Assembly: GCA_051530055.1 (NCBI GenBank)
Contig: JBMGUZ010000033.1
Location: 1 to 30,009, forward strand
DNA from: Neoechinorhynchus agilis
Taxonomy: Eukaryota > Animalia > Acanthocephala
DNA: 30,009 nt
Direction of reading: 5' to 3'
In this document: one piece after another, positions 1-10,199 of the stretch
Numbering within the stretch: the first letter of the stretch is position 1
How the letters are laid out: each line of letters starts with the position of its first letter
Made by a program: the position numbers and the translations under genes
The notes under the pieces: model-generated
What the model saw: the letters and a program-made list of their open reading frames with translations, nothing else
Told to the model about the DNA's origin: nothing
The model's database searches: none

Positions 1-59
1 CGGAGGAAAGAGCGGAAAATAACAACTTAACAGACCAAAGTTGTTTAAAATGTACAAGA

Positions 60-780
60 TTCGCCGGATATCTTAGGTATAAGGTTCTGTGTCTCGTGCC
101 TCTTAAATAGAACGTGGGTTTATTTATTATACAGAAACCGTATCCTTTATCTACTTTAAGAATCTTAAGGCTATTCAGACTTCTCAAATAATTCAGCGAT
201 AATTGCATTCGGATGGAAATATTCAACACTTGTCACTATCTGTTGTTGGTACCATGGATATAGGCAATTTCAATTTTTCCTATTGGTGGATTGGTGTCGG
301 TGTGCATCAGCCTCGTAATTGCATTTACTAACAAAGTTCGACTTTTCGTACTGAATGGAATCGTTGATATCACGAAATCCGGACCATAAGTCTGTCGGTA
401 TATGAGGAAGTACCGGGGTATATGATATGATGTGGAATTTAAGTCTTCAACCGATAAAGAGTTTATTAAAGGCGTTTCGAACATCATCGGATTCATTATC
501 AGTTTGTTAGTTATTAAAAGCCTCGTTTAGTAGTAGATATCATGAATAATGGAAGACATTGATCACGTGTTGGGAAGGTTAGAAGTAGCATCCATTAGTG
601 AATTTCATCGTCTTTTTCCCATGCCGCTCATCTATTATACGTTCCTCGCGTTTATTCGAGTCACTTACCGAGAGCACCAACAATTCGAATGACCAGCGGC
701 ACTGACTTCATTGAAATATTTTTCAGTAGCTATCGAAAAGGAAGCCTCACGAAAGTGAAATTTGTCCACCATTCATTTGT
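60..780 (-). pseudogene. piwi: Decayed PIWI-clade Argonaute fragment (N, L1, PAZ)
   Basis: Minus-strand read through stops gives FTNGCYF*P (cf. FDGTILFLP), ESDDVRNAFNKLF (cf. [12 protein letters not shown]), HIPTDLWSGFRDINDSIQYEKS at about 341-400 (cf. [22 protein letters not shown]) and QNLIPK (cf. MLIPEL), in PIWI order. Confidence 0.6.
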
Positions 781-1075
781 TTATTTTATTTATTTATCTT
801 AAATCGCATTCACTTAGGACCTTACGACATGTCTTTTTTGGGATCTTTTTCGTTCTTTAAGAGCCTTTTGGCTAACTCACAAACTTCGGAAGCTCTCAGC
901 TGCACTCGAAGGGCAGGGCCTATGGGCGATCTTAAACCCGACCTCCACCCTTCCAGCAGCCTCGCAACCCCCGTGGAATCCAGCGACCAGTAGACTTGAA
1001 CCAGCGACATATCGAGCGCATTCTTTTGAACGCGATTATACCATTCGGCTACTAGGCTCCTCATTCATTTGGGTG
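781..1075 (-). mobile_element. 5'-truncated non-LTR retrotransposon 3' end with (TAAA)n tail
   Basis: Minus ORF 822-1064 is followed by a TAAA-repeat tail (plus TTTATTTTATTTATTTA at about 779-796). Clearly homologous to 19985-20240, which also ends in a TAA-type tail. Confidence 0.6.
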
Positions 1076-1336
1076 CAGTAATTCCGTGCTAAGCATAACG
1101 CAAATTATTTGGCAAGTAGGCATTTGATGGTAGCGAATATGAGCTCAAAATGGAAATGAATTTTCAGGGAGTGGAAAAGCCAACGTTGTACAAATAAAAA
1201 TTATTCTTAAAGGTCCATTAAACTACCGATCCTCACACCTTTAGTGGGGACCAAAGTGTAGTTCATGACTAATCGTGTAAATGAATGTCAGATCAAGTAA
1301 ATCATTAGCCAGAATTCGTCTAAGAATTTTATCATC

Positions 1337-2280
1337 AATATTAGCCTCGATAATAAGTTAACTATTGAAAAATCGTTGGTATTTTTCCAATCGGCAACGA
1401 ATTTCATTTTAAATGTCATATTTTTCACATAAACACTTTAATAGTTAAACAGTCGGTTTTTTCTCTCAGTGTTGTACTCATCGACATGAAGGCATTCCAT
1501 TTCAAAGGAGTGATAATATTTTGGAATAAGTAACTTTCGAGAAATCATTTCTTGATTTTCAAAGATAGACAATCTCGTTTGACACCAATTCTGCTTCTCG
1601 TTTACTTAAACATTTTCTCCGCTTTAATGTCAAGAATATGACGGTTACAAGGATTCATTGGATTTATCATTATTGGTCCAATTCGATCAGCTTAGCGTTT
1701 CCTATCATTTAGAAGCTTCATTATAGTAGTTCGAAAACTAAAGTTCAATCGCTCTTCCATCGGAGCCTTTAAGTAGACTCACATTCCAATCTAACAACCT
1801 CAGATTCTATCGTAAGCATTTTTCCTGCTTTTGTTTGAAGTCTGCAATCCTCAGAATAAGACACTTTTGAGAATGAAAAGGGCACGGAGAAATGCGTGAT
1901 TTTATCGAACGGGAGAATGTTCATCCATCAGTTGAACGAAGTTGGATTATCCGAGATTATCGATCTTAGTGATTTATGAGTGATCGCTCCATTGCGCATC
2001 CTTCGAACGTCATGAACATCCAAATGTTTGTTGAAAAAGACCAAGAACGGACGACGGGAACCATTTTCGAGCCCAATTAAGAAATTTGTTCCGTTGTTTG
2101 AACGATTCTTCCAGAAAAGAAGAATAAAAAATATTCCGAGATCGCTGAAATTTTTAGTCTTGCTTTCATCGAGAAACGCTTTAAGCTTAATTCCGTTTTC
2201 CATTATTGTTCGATTTGATCTTTGGGGGGGGCAGCCGAAGTAAGAATATTTAAACGCAATGATCATTGGCGATTATGATG
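1337..2280 (+). pseudogene. piwi: Decayed PIWI fragment (N, L1, PAZ, L2, start of MID) with internal deletions
   Basis: LVYLNIFSALMSRI*RLQGFIG at about 1596-1670 (cf. [21 protein letters not shown]), LTFQSNNLRFYR (cf. LTKYNNKTYR), HQLNEVGLSE..SDL*VIAPLRILRT (cf. [23 protein letters not shown]), HFRAQLRN (cf. DWSRELRN). Colinear, with many stops and frameshifts. Confidence 0.55.
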
Positions 2281-2289
2281 AAAGTTTGG

Positions 2290-3840
2290 TAAATGAAATT
2301 TTACAATGAACCGATCATACGAATGATCACTAAAATCGTTTAGCCGCTAATAAACTTATTTGTTAGGATTACAGTCTTTTTTTAAGAATGGATAAATTCT
2401 TATTGGCCAAAACTTTCAGTTGTTTACATGAGTGCTTGTTTGCTACTCTACCGATTGATAGATGGCGAATTTGTTTGAATTTCTTTTTTCTGTTCAAAAC
2501 ATGATTACCAATTTTATGGATCACGCTGAAATCTTCAAGATTGAAAAAGTTTAAATGTTCAGTCGGGTGATGCTATTCAATAATGAGGGCTTCGTGCTTT
2601 CATCAAATACATTCTCTATTTTTATAAAATGGGATTTTCTCTTATCGATATATTGTCGTTCTATTGACACCGAAGCAAGTGAAGAAACTCGAATCGAATA
2701 CATTGAAGTACGGATTTAGTTTCTTAATTGGGCTCCAAAATGCTTCTCATCTTCTGTCCCTGATCTTTCTCTGCCGGTAAATCTTTAGATGTTCATTCCG
2801 TTCAATGGATGAGATCATCTCTGGGCGAAGAAATTATTGCAATGAGACAATCATTCATAAATCACTAAGATCGAAACTCGGAGAATCCAAGTTCGTTCAA
2901 CTGATGGATAAACATCATTCGGTCTCCTCTGTTCCCGATTCTCTTTGATTTATCTGCTAATTGTTTTTCCGGAAGGGATAATTTTCGCTTATCCACCATG
3001 GACAAAATCATGGCGCTTTAAAGATAATTTCCTTTTACAAAAGAGGAGTTGACAGCACTTTGAAAAATCTCCGAAATTTTCGGTTAGTGACTATTTTGTA
3101 GGTTTGGTCGACGAATTTCTTATGAGTATTTCCGTGATATAGAAAGCATCACGTTTCTCAAACATTTGAATGAATAAAAACGATAAGAATACGTCGTTCG
3201 ATCAATGTCATTTCTGAAATGTTTGCATCTGGCGTAAAAAATTGAAAGGATTTATTGGTTCCAATATTTCTGCACAATCTTCTTTCTTTATCAAGGTTTC
3301 TTTTAAATTAGGAACAAGATTATGCCGAAATATTCGAACCAATAAATCCTTTCAATTTTTTACGCCAGATGCAGACATGAACAATTCAATATTCAAAAAT
3401 TTATTGAATGGTTTTGAAATTGTATTCTGTTTAAGGTAAATGCGACCGCCAAAGTTAATTGCTCAATTGTTTCACTATTCGGCACAGTTGCATGACCGTA
3501 GCTTAAATTTTTTCCTAAAATCTATTCTCTCCACTTTTTTATTACTTATGAATATGTTACTCAAATCTTCTGAGGTTACTTTGCCACAACAAATTTAACA
3601 AATAACTGTCAATACTCCGTAAATAATGACGTTTTATTGATTTCTCTAAATTTAATCGACTATTCTTTGAGTGTGCTGCTTATGCAATCGACTTTTCGAA
3701 TACTTGATCGATTAATGGCGATTTTCGGTTTTAAGCATTGCTTTTATCATCTTGTCTTCGAGATCGCTCTGTCTTACTTTTAATGAGCAAATCGTGTGAT
3801 CGAACGTAATCGGAAAATTGTCATAGCCATGAATTGTTAT
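2290..3840 (-). pseudogene. piwi: Decayed PIWI gene (N through MID), convergent with the 1337-2280 copy
   Basis: EQLTLAVAFTLNRIQFQN (cf. [18 protein letters not shown]), IFKAP*FC then KQLADKSKRI..DRM (cf. LIPELC..KDLAVHTRL.P.QR), HFGAQLRN, KLVIMF*TEKRNSNKFAI (cf. QIVVCLLSSNRKDKYDAI). At DNA level 2700-2930 is the diverged reverse complement of 1900-2090. Confidence 0.55.
3219..3378. repeat. Fold-back inverted repeat (hairpin 1)
   Basis: 3225-3270 and 3327-3372 are reverse complements at 45/46 positions. Imperfect pairing extends outward to about 3219/3378 and inward (TGCACAATCTT vs GGCATAATCTT). Confidence 0.95.
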
Positions 3841-3859
3841 TGCCACTTAAAAATTACCG

Positions 3860-4790
3860 AAATATTTGTCTTTATTTTTCGAACACCTCCTTCGGCTCTA
3901 TCGTTTTCGTCGGCGTGACCGCGACTCGGCGCTTCGGACCAATTGAAATATATGTTACACATCTTATAGAAAATTTGCTGCTTTTCGCCCATGGAGAACT
4001 TGTTTTTATCCGCCAGGATGTTGTAGTTACGTGGCTGAATTTTGAGTAACTCGTTGTGCCACAATATAGAAATGCCTTGATCGCTTCACGGTCAAAAATT
4101 CTGCCCACGACAAGAACGCCGTTGGGATTGGCCATAGGTTTGTTTGGACTGCCCAATGTGAAAAAGCGAAAATTGATTCACTTTTTTTACTACAATGTAC
4201 GTGATTTTTGGCTTCGGCGCTTCGTTTGCACTTCATCCAACTATCATACTCATCGCTATGAGGATTTGTTGACATTCACTCATCCCAATGTATCCGAGCT
4301 GGCCGTCGCCAATTCCGTCGCTGTAAACAATGCTGTCATCGTGATTTTTGTACCGGCTGATCGCTTCTGCTATGCACATTGTCAAACATGTGACCAACTC
4401 CTGTCACAGAGATTGCATGAAACATCGTGAGTAACATTTTGAAAAGGTCTAATTTAAAGAACAAACCACTGGTGAAATTGGAGGCGATATCGTTGTCCTC
4501 TGGTCAAATAAATTATCTCTCGTCGCTGGTCAATAATCGTAAGCGACGCGAATTCGCAAGATAAGTTTATTGGTTTTTGCCAATCGCTCTTATTCTTTAT
4601 TCATCGAGCGAATTTCGGCGATTGAACTTTCAACATTCGTTACGGGATTGATCAAAGTTTGAGTGAGGATTTCGGTTTCGCCTTTCATTGAACGTTTTTG
4701 GCCTTCCAATTTATCACTGCATCCAAATACGATAATTGTCAACAATTTCGCTTTGTTGATTGCGTGGTTCAAATTCATTTCAAAGAGGCA
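3860..4790 (-). pseudogene. piwi: PIWI pseudogene, MID plus PIWI (RNase H-like) domain
   Basis: In-frame read: RVAYDY*..VVCSLN*TFSKCYSRCFMQSL*QELVTCLTMCIAEAISRYKNHDDSIVYSDGIGDGQLGYIGMSECQQIL..PKPKITYIVVKK, then after frameshifts NPNGVLV and QPRNYNILADKNKFSMGEKQQIFYKMCNIYFNWS. These match PIWI-clade motifs (GxD, QELVD, IVYRDGVGDGQL, FIVVKKR, PTHYNV, YKLCHxYYNW). At least 5 stops and 2 frameshifts; no intron evident. Confidence 0.93.
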
Positions 4791-4845
4791 AAGTAGGGGA
4801 CCCCTTTTTTCCTCTGTTAAGTGATTGGTCTTGGTTCAATTCAGT

Positions 4846-4960
4846 CTGGAGAGACCGATGTCCTCGGCGAAAAGCATGTTCCATGGCGGACGTTTGCTGA
4901 TTTTATCCATAGTGACTAAAAACAAATAAGGGCTCAAAGCTGAACCTAGATGCAATTTCA
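4846..4960 (-). mobile_element. RTE-clade LINE reverse transcriptase fragment
   Basis: GSALSPYLFLVTMDKI..PWNMLFAED (cf. QGSALSPFLF..PWTMMFADD). Near-identical to 25093-25190. Confidence 0.8.
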
Positions 4961-5039
4961 CGTTCACCGAGAAGCAAAGTGGTTAAACCACATTGGTAAC
5001 ATTTTCCTTTATTTCTTACCTTTTGACATAAATTGATAT

Positions 5040-5260
5040 TTTAGAAGATTGGTATTGAACGAAAAAAGAAAGATTTGATTCATCCGCGATCTCGATATAT
5101 CTTAAGTTAAGCCCTACATTGCTGACTTGCCTCGAACATTGTCTTGGAGTATTTTGGTAATGAAACGACTGAGAATCCAAAAAGCATCCGATATAATAAC
5201 GAAATATAATTGACTTCCGTTAATGTATTCTCACATCAGAGCTTCAATGCTTTTGGTTTA
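5040..5260 (+). pseudogene. Short PIWI-like N-domain fragment, inverted relative to 5340-5880
   Basis: The DNA is the diverged reverse complement of about 5650-5870. The shared frame LNEKKDLIH..SNIVLEYF..IRYNNEI aligns with ORF 5542-5874. PIWI identity is inferred from that paralogue. Confidence 0.45.
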
Positions 5261-5339
5261 GTTGCCCAGCAGCGTCCTGTACGACACACTACGATTTTAG
5301 AATGATTCATTACTCACTTCACTTTTTTAATCCAACTGA

Positions 5340-5880
5340 ATATTTATACTCGCTGGAGGCTCCTTTGAAATTAAAACCGGTTCTGTATAATCAATAAAAG
5401 ATGTCTTATCATTATTTCGAGAATCTATATCATGTGAATTTTATAGAGAAACGAATGAAGGCCGTACAAGTCTTAATGTTAATCTTTTTAGTCTTGATAA
5501 GTCGTTGAGTAACATTTACACTGTTTAGTCGTCAAATACCATCATCGATCAGCATGAATAATTCTGTATGTAGATTGCTTAAATATCTCTTCTTTATAAG
5601 ACAATTGCCTTAATTGATAAACGGATTGCATGAGCTGTTCGGGCCAATGTCTTAAGCCAAAATCATTATAGCTGTAATTTGACAATACTTTAACGGAAGC
5701 CAATGATATTTCGTGATTGTATCGGATAATTTTATGATTATCATTCGTTTCAGGACTAAAATACTCGTATTCCAGGACAATGTTTGAGTCAAGTGGGCAA
5801 TGAAGGACGTAACTTTTGATATGTCGCAATTGCGAATGAATCCAATCTTTCTCATTTTCGTTCAATAAGTGCAATTTTCA
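5340..5880 (-). pseudogene. Divergent PIWI-like N/L1/PAZ fragment upstream of the 3860-4790 MID-PIWI piece
   Basis: LLNENEKDWI (cf. LLFQHEDLI), GLRHWPEQLMQSVYQL (cf. [15 protein letters not shown]), ELFMLIDDGI*RL (cf. [12 protein letters not shown]), KTSFIDYTEPVLISK (cf. SFLEYY..QPVLVSQ). Same strand and correct order relative to the PIWI domain. Confidence 0.45.
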
Positions 5881-5899
5881 CTGAACGGCGAAAAAGATC

Positions 5900-6560
5900 T
5901 TAACAAAGTTCCTTACTGAATATTGTTTGAAAACAGTTTTAACATTTCGAAGAAAGTTTGCGGATCTCTTAGGATCGGGGAATCTTTAGCAGTTTTGCTC
6001 TGGTAACTTTTCGATTGAACAATTGATCTTGAAGCCAAACTCTAACTTGAGTTCTTTGTAGTAGCATTTCGATTGAAGTGAGATAATGATTTTGTGGTCT
6101 GTTCAGCATTAAACAGATTCAGGGCATGATTTGGAGGCTCTTAAATCTGAGAGATATTTGCTTGTTACAACATGGTCAAGTAGGTGCCAAAGCTTAGATC
6201 TTGGATTTATCCATTTACTTTTTTATTATTCGTCAGCTTTAAACGTGTTGGCAACGCATAGTTCAAATTCTTCACAAAGACGAAGTATTAGATATCTATT
6301 TTCGTTGTTGCATTTCACGATTCAATGTTGCCCGATTATGTTTTTCCAATTGTGGTTTTCTTTTTCAAAACTGGTTCTTAGATCACCCAGAATGAATAAT
6401 TTATCTCTCGCTAGAGCATTGATGGTTGTTCTTGAAAGTTTGTCATCCTCACTTGAGTCCAGAGATGGAGCATAAACGCTTATTTTAGTTATTTGGTTAT
6501 CAAATTCCACTTGGATTGTGACAGCTATCAATTCATCGTTGATACAAGAGTCAAGGTGAG
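5900..6560 (-). mobile_element. RTE-clade LINE AP-endonuclease fragment
   Basis: ISVYAPSLDSSEDD..DKLFILGDL..WKNIIGQH..LCVANTF..KWIKPRSKLWHLLDHVV..TDHKII, typical of the RTE APE domain. Interrupted by stops. Confidence 0.85.
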
Positions 6561-6609
6561 TGACCGTTCAACGGCGTAGTCACCTATCGCAGCAGTTTTA
6601 GACAAATCG

Positions 6610-7380
6610 TATGTTTAGGCGTCCTTTTCTCCACCTTTCCCTATTTGTGGTCAGCAATACTCTTCCTCGATAAGGCTGCTCAATGATGAACGAAGCTGCC
6701 CAAGTCACTTGTTGTACCGGTCAGTATGAACTGATCGAGAATCTATAGCTCACCGCTGGTGCTCGAGGGACAGATTAAGAACAACCAGAGAATCACGTCT
6801 GTTCTCTTCGTCGATCATTCTCGTCAAAGGACTTGGCTGCAGCCATACGCAAAGGTTTTGTTTAGAGTGCTTAATGGATACTCGTGTCCGTTCGCCACAT
6901 ACTTCGAATTCTATGGAATTGGGTCCATGGCACGCACGAAGACGAGACGACGGAGTGGGAAATTGTTCTGCAATCGGATGCCGAAAACCGAATATCAATT
7001 GGTATACCATTAAATCGCTATCCTTCTGGTGCGTTAAATAGGCGTTAAAATTTGAGTTGCATCGTCTTGTGGAGTTGAAATCGAATAAATTGATGTGCTT
7101 TTTAGAAATTAAGCCACTTGATAGTACAGTTCATGAAACACTTCAGTTTCGTCGTCACTCAAATTCAGTGGTAATTGAAACTGCTTTTAGGAGATGTTGT
7201 CTAGGTTAAGGTTTAAAGGATTACGTCCATTTCGACTGCATTTCGTTCAAATCAACGAGACGTCGGGAGACGGGGTTGATGCTAAAAAATTAAGCTTAAA
7301 ATTGCAACAAAGTTGTAGTCCGAGTCATTTTGCGTACTAATATAAAATCTTCAGGAGTCCTGCGATTGTCGAACTGGAAA
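6610..7380 (+). pseudogene. piwi: Second, highly divergent PIWI-domain pseudogene
   Basis: GCSMMNEAAQVTCCTGQYELIENL (cf. ASINEG..SRCIFQDRGQELVDGL), EIVLQSDAENRIS..LNRYPSGA (cf. VIVVKKRVNTRFF..LQNPLPGT), LRPFRLHFVQINETSGDGVDAKKLSLKL (cf. [27 protein letters not shown]), IFRSPA (cf. VIRVPA). Confidence 0.55.
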
Positions 7381-7609
7381 GATACTAAAAATTCATAAAA
7401 ATTAAACAATAACTTGTAATACCCAGTCTACCGTTATCTCGAGAAATGTCTCATACGATTGTATATTTTTAAAAGATTTGTTAAAAATTACGCCATCCAA
7501 TGAGATTATAAAATTACAAATACTTTCATTTTAATAAAGCAATCACACGAAAAGGTATCTTCTGATTGCCAAATATTGCGCAATAAGCAAAGAAAAATTA
7601 AGAAACCTT

Positions 7610-9094
7610 TTACAAAAATTTCAATTTAAAAAGTATGTCGTCGATATAATCGTCGGTAGATTTTGCAGGTTCATATAATGGCTTGAGATCGGAACTAGGC
7701 ATGTCTTTTTCTCTTTGCGAAATCGAGTTCGATTGTATGTCCGACGATTTGTTGCTCGCGAGGCACTTTGGCTTAATATCTTCTTCGACGGTGTCCTCAT
7801 CAACAGAGCTTGCTACCTGGTTTCCAGTATCCGAGCTAGAAATTGATTTAGTATCAAATTGCCTTTGAAAGGCATTGAACGGCGACAACGAAATCGATTC
7901 TTCAGTTGGAGATTCATGACTGAGCTCGGATTGATCATTATTCACGTCCGTGCGAAAATCCAATGAGCTACTTCTAATGGAAACTGGATCAGAGCTCAAA
8001 TCGGCCTTTTTTGGTTCTTGATCAATGATTTTGGGTTCAAAACATCTATGATTAGATTTCACAGTGGGCTTTATCGACACCTCCTCGGCGACTGAATTTT
8101 CTTCACATGATATTTTATACACTTCACACGAATTCTCTTCTGTTGCGTTCAATTGCTCCGATGATACCAATTGTTCGTCACTTTCACCTTCAGGGAGTCC
8201 ATTTTCACTATGATTTTCAATCAATAGATCCTTGGTTTCAGTTGAGGCGTCACGTTTGATCATTTCCCAACCTCCACCGGCCTTAGGCTTAATTATATGT
8301 GCGAACGGCATCGTTGCGTTGATTACTTCATTCGTAGAAGAGTATTGATTAAAACTCATTAACGGTTGATTATCCTGTGGATGCGATGGTGGAAGAAGAC
8401 TATCAGGGACCAAAAAAGGCAAATCATTTTCCGTTGGTTGCAATGACTGACAAAATGGCATCGTGGTTTGGTAGAAATAATTCGGTGGATTAGTCGCCAT
8501 ACAGAATGGAGGAGGCGGAGGTGCATTCGGTTGTTGGTATGTTGCTCGAATAGAAAGATTGGTCAATGCATTATCGATTTCTCGGACCTTCAACGTCATT
8601 TGATCGTAGATTGAATTTAAGTTCACTTTACGGTCATACGATTTCATTCGATCCATAAACGACGTATTTGTCATTGATTGCATAGCTCGCTGATTCGAGG
8701 CCGATTCAAACCGCATATCGCGCAATAGAGTCGTTATTCGACGAACTGAATTTGTGAACGACGATATGGATGCTCCAATCTGATTGCCAACTACGTCCGT
8801 GAATTGGTCCAATTTATAGTTGATATCGTCCATGAAGTAAGCCATCGATCGGTTGGACGTCTTATTGTAGGTAGTCTTAAAATAATCATCTTGCGGAACA
8901 TCGCCATCGGCATCATTGCCGAGCCATTCTTCGGGCGCTTGGTTGGATCGCTGTTGGTTGTCCGGACCAAAATAATAAGTTTTGTGTTCATTGGATGCCA
9001 TCTGAAAAGTTGAGAAAATCTCATAAGAAAACTCGCAATTGAGACCAACGGAAAGGCGCGGCATCTGAAAGGATCGCGTGCGCGCCTCGCTCAT
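7610..9094 (-). CDS. Intact single-exon ORF, 494 aa (or about 463 aa from MASNEH), uncharacterised: helical N-terminal region, PPPPP motif, long Ser/Glu/Asp-rich tail
   Basis: 1485 nt without a stop in AT-rich DNA where all neighbours are decayed. GC-rich promoter-like sequence lies directly upstream. No family motif recognised. Confidence 0.75.
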   Translation of the reverse strand: MSEARTRSFQMPRLSVGLNCEFSYEIFSTFQMASNEHKTYYFGPDNQQRSNQAPEEWLGNDADGDVPQDDYFKTTYNKTSNRSMAYFMDDINYKLDQFTDVVGNQIGASISSFTNSVRRITTLLRDMRFESASNQRAMQSMTNTSFMDRMKSYDRKVNLNSIYDQMTLKVREIDNALTNLSIRATYQQPNAPPPPPFCMATNPPNYFYQTTMPFCQSLQPTENDLPFLVPDSLLPPSHPQDNQPLMSFNQYSSTNEVINATMPFAHIIKPKAGGGWEMIKRDASTETKDLLIENHSENGLPEGESDEQLVSSEQLNATEENSCEVYKISCEENSVAEEVSIKPTVKSNHRCFEPKIIDQEPKKADLSSDPVSIRSSSLDFRTDVNNDQSELSHESPTEESISLSPFNAFQRQFDTKSISSSDTGNQVASSVDEDTVEEDIKPKCLASNKSSDIQSNSISQREKDMPSSDLKPLYEPAKSTDDYIDDILFKLKFL

Positions 9095-9340
9095 TCAACG
9101 AATGCGCGCCGTCAGAAACGAGTGGACAGTGCGCGCGCACAGTCGAGTGGTGCTTCATCCGACGATGACGTCACTAGGAAAAAATACGTACTCATTTGTT
9201 AAACGGCGCCCTCGCATTGAACGATGGTTGGAAAGGTAATTAAGAAAACCAATTAATGGAAAACTAAGAAGTGAGTTAGAATGAAGAATTCTTAGAATTC
9301 CTGAAAATGCCCCATTTTTAGCAGCCAGTGACGTCATCAG
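9050..9340 (-). promoter_or_regulatory. Putative promoter of the 494 aa ORF
   Basis: Local CG/GCGC-rich island (9055-9140) and two perfect TGACGTCA (CRE/ATF-CREB consensus) palindromes at 9166-9173 and 9329-9336. Confidence 0.4.
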
Positions 9341-10199
9341 GAATCCCACAATGGAAAAAGAGCCCATAATCCACGGAGTGCGCAATGAAACTTTTTTCGA
9401 AGAAAGTCATTGGGTTACACAGAGGATCCATTTGTCCGTTTCATGATCCGGGAAAGTTGCACCACTTTAATGCGTTGAGGTCCAGGTCGTTTGCCGGGGG
9501 GGGGAGTTTTCTCAGAGCTCTTGGAAACATTCGTAGGAAATCGGGACGTTGTTCAGGTGGACGACCTTTGAAGTAAAAAACCGAGATTAGATATAACCCA
9601 CAAATTCCAAATGGATTTAAAATCTTTAGTTTGTATGGCGAGTTGACCTATTTCTTGAGTTTCTTCATAACGTCTTTAATGTTCAAGTTTTTAATGAGTG
9701 TTTACGCAGGAATTTCTATTTTGGACGATTTCCTCATCGAGGTTGTAAAATTCTCCTATCTTACGTTTTCCTAAAGTGGAACGAGAGTTTAAAATGAACT
9801 TTGTCTTTCTGGGATTAAAGTTTAACCTTATTTGAGGTAGGTGATTGTTTAAAAAATAAGCAACGATGATAAACCAGCTCTTGCCGTGATGTGGCTTGAA
9901 TTACACTATCGGCGTATAATGTGATTTCTTTGAATACTCCATAATTCTACCCTATAAATTGTTTGGCCCAACAAATAGTATAGGTGAAAGACGAATTCCC
10001 TGGGCACTCCAAGAACGGAAAATATTTAATTCTGTCAAGGTCATCTTAAGAATAGAAAAATTTGGATTTTATAGTATTATTCAAGATATCTTTATATCAA
10101 AATATATGCTAATATTATCAAAAGCCTTTGAGAGATCCAAAGCAATCAAGATATTTATCGATTTGGTGCCGAGTGAATTTCCAGGGAAAAACCATCGAA

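Noticed and set aside
1-45. Similarity to the LINE 3' UTR at 14854-14900 (CGGAGGAAAGAGC)
   Set aside because: Too short and cut by the window edge to support a feature.
1340-1870. Minus-strand reading resembling PAZ (KGSDG..FSNYY, LLIPK)
   Set aside because: The plus strand gives a longer colinear N-L1-PAZ-L2 series continuous with 1900-2280. Both cannot be real. This shows the risk of by-eye matching.
3480-3840. LINE ORF1-like reading (NVIIYGV)
   Set aside because: No downstream endonuclease or RT follows. The segment runs colinearly into PIWI L1-PAZ motifs.
4056-4430. 124 aa plus-strand ORF and its copy at 23781-24155
   Set aside because: It is an antisense shadow of the PIWI domain. Most short ORFs in the track are similar shadows of pseudogenes or TEs.
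3860-4790. Alternative genetic code making the PIWI gene intact
   Set aside because: All three stop codons occur, frameshifts are also needed, and the 494 aa ORF is open under the standard code.
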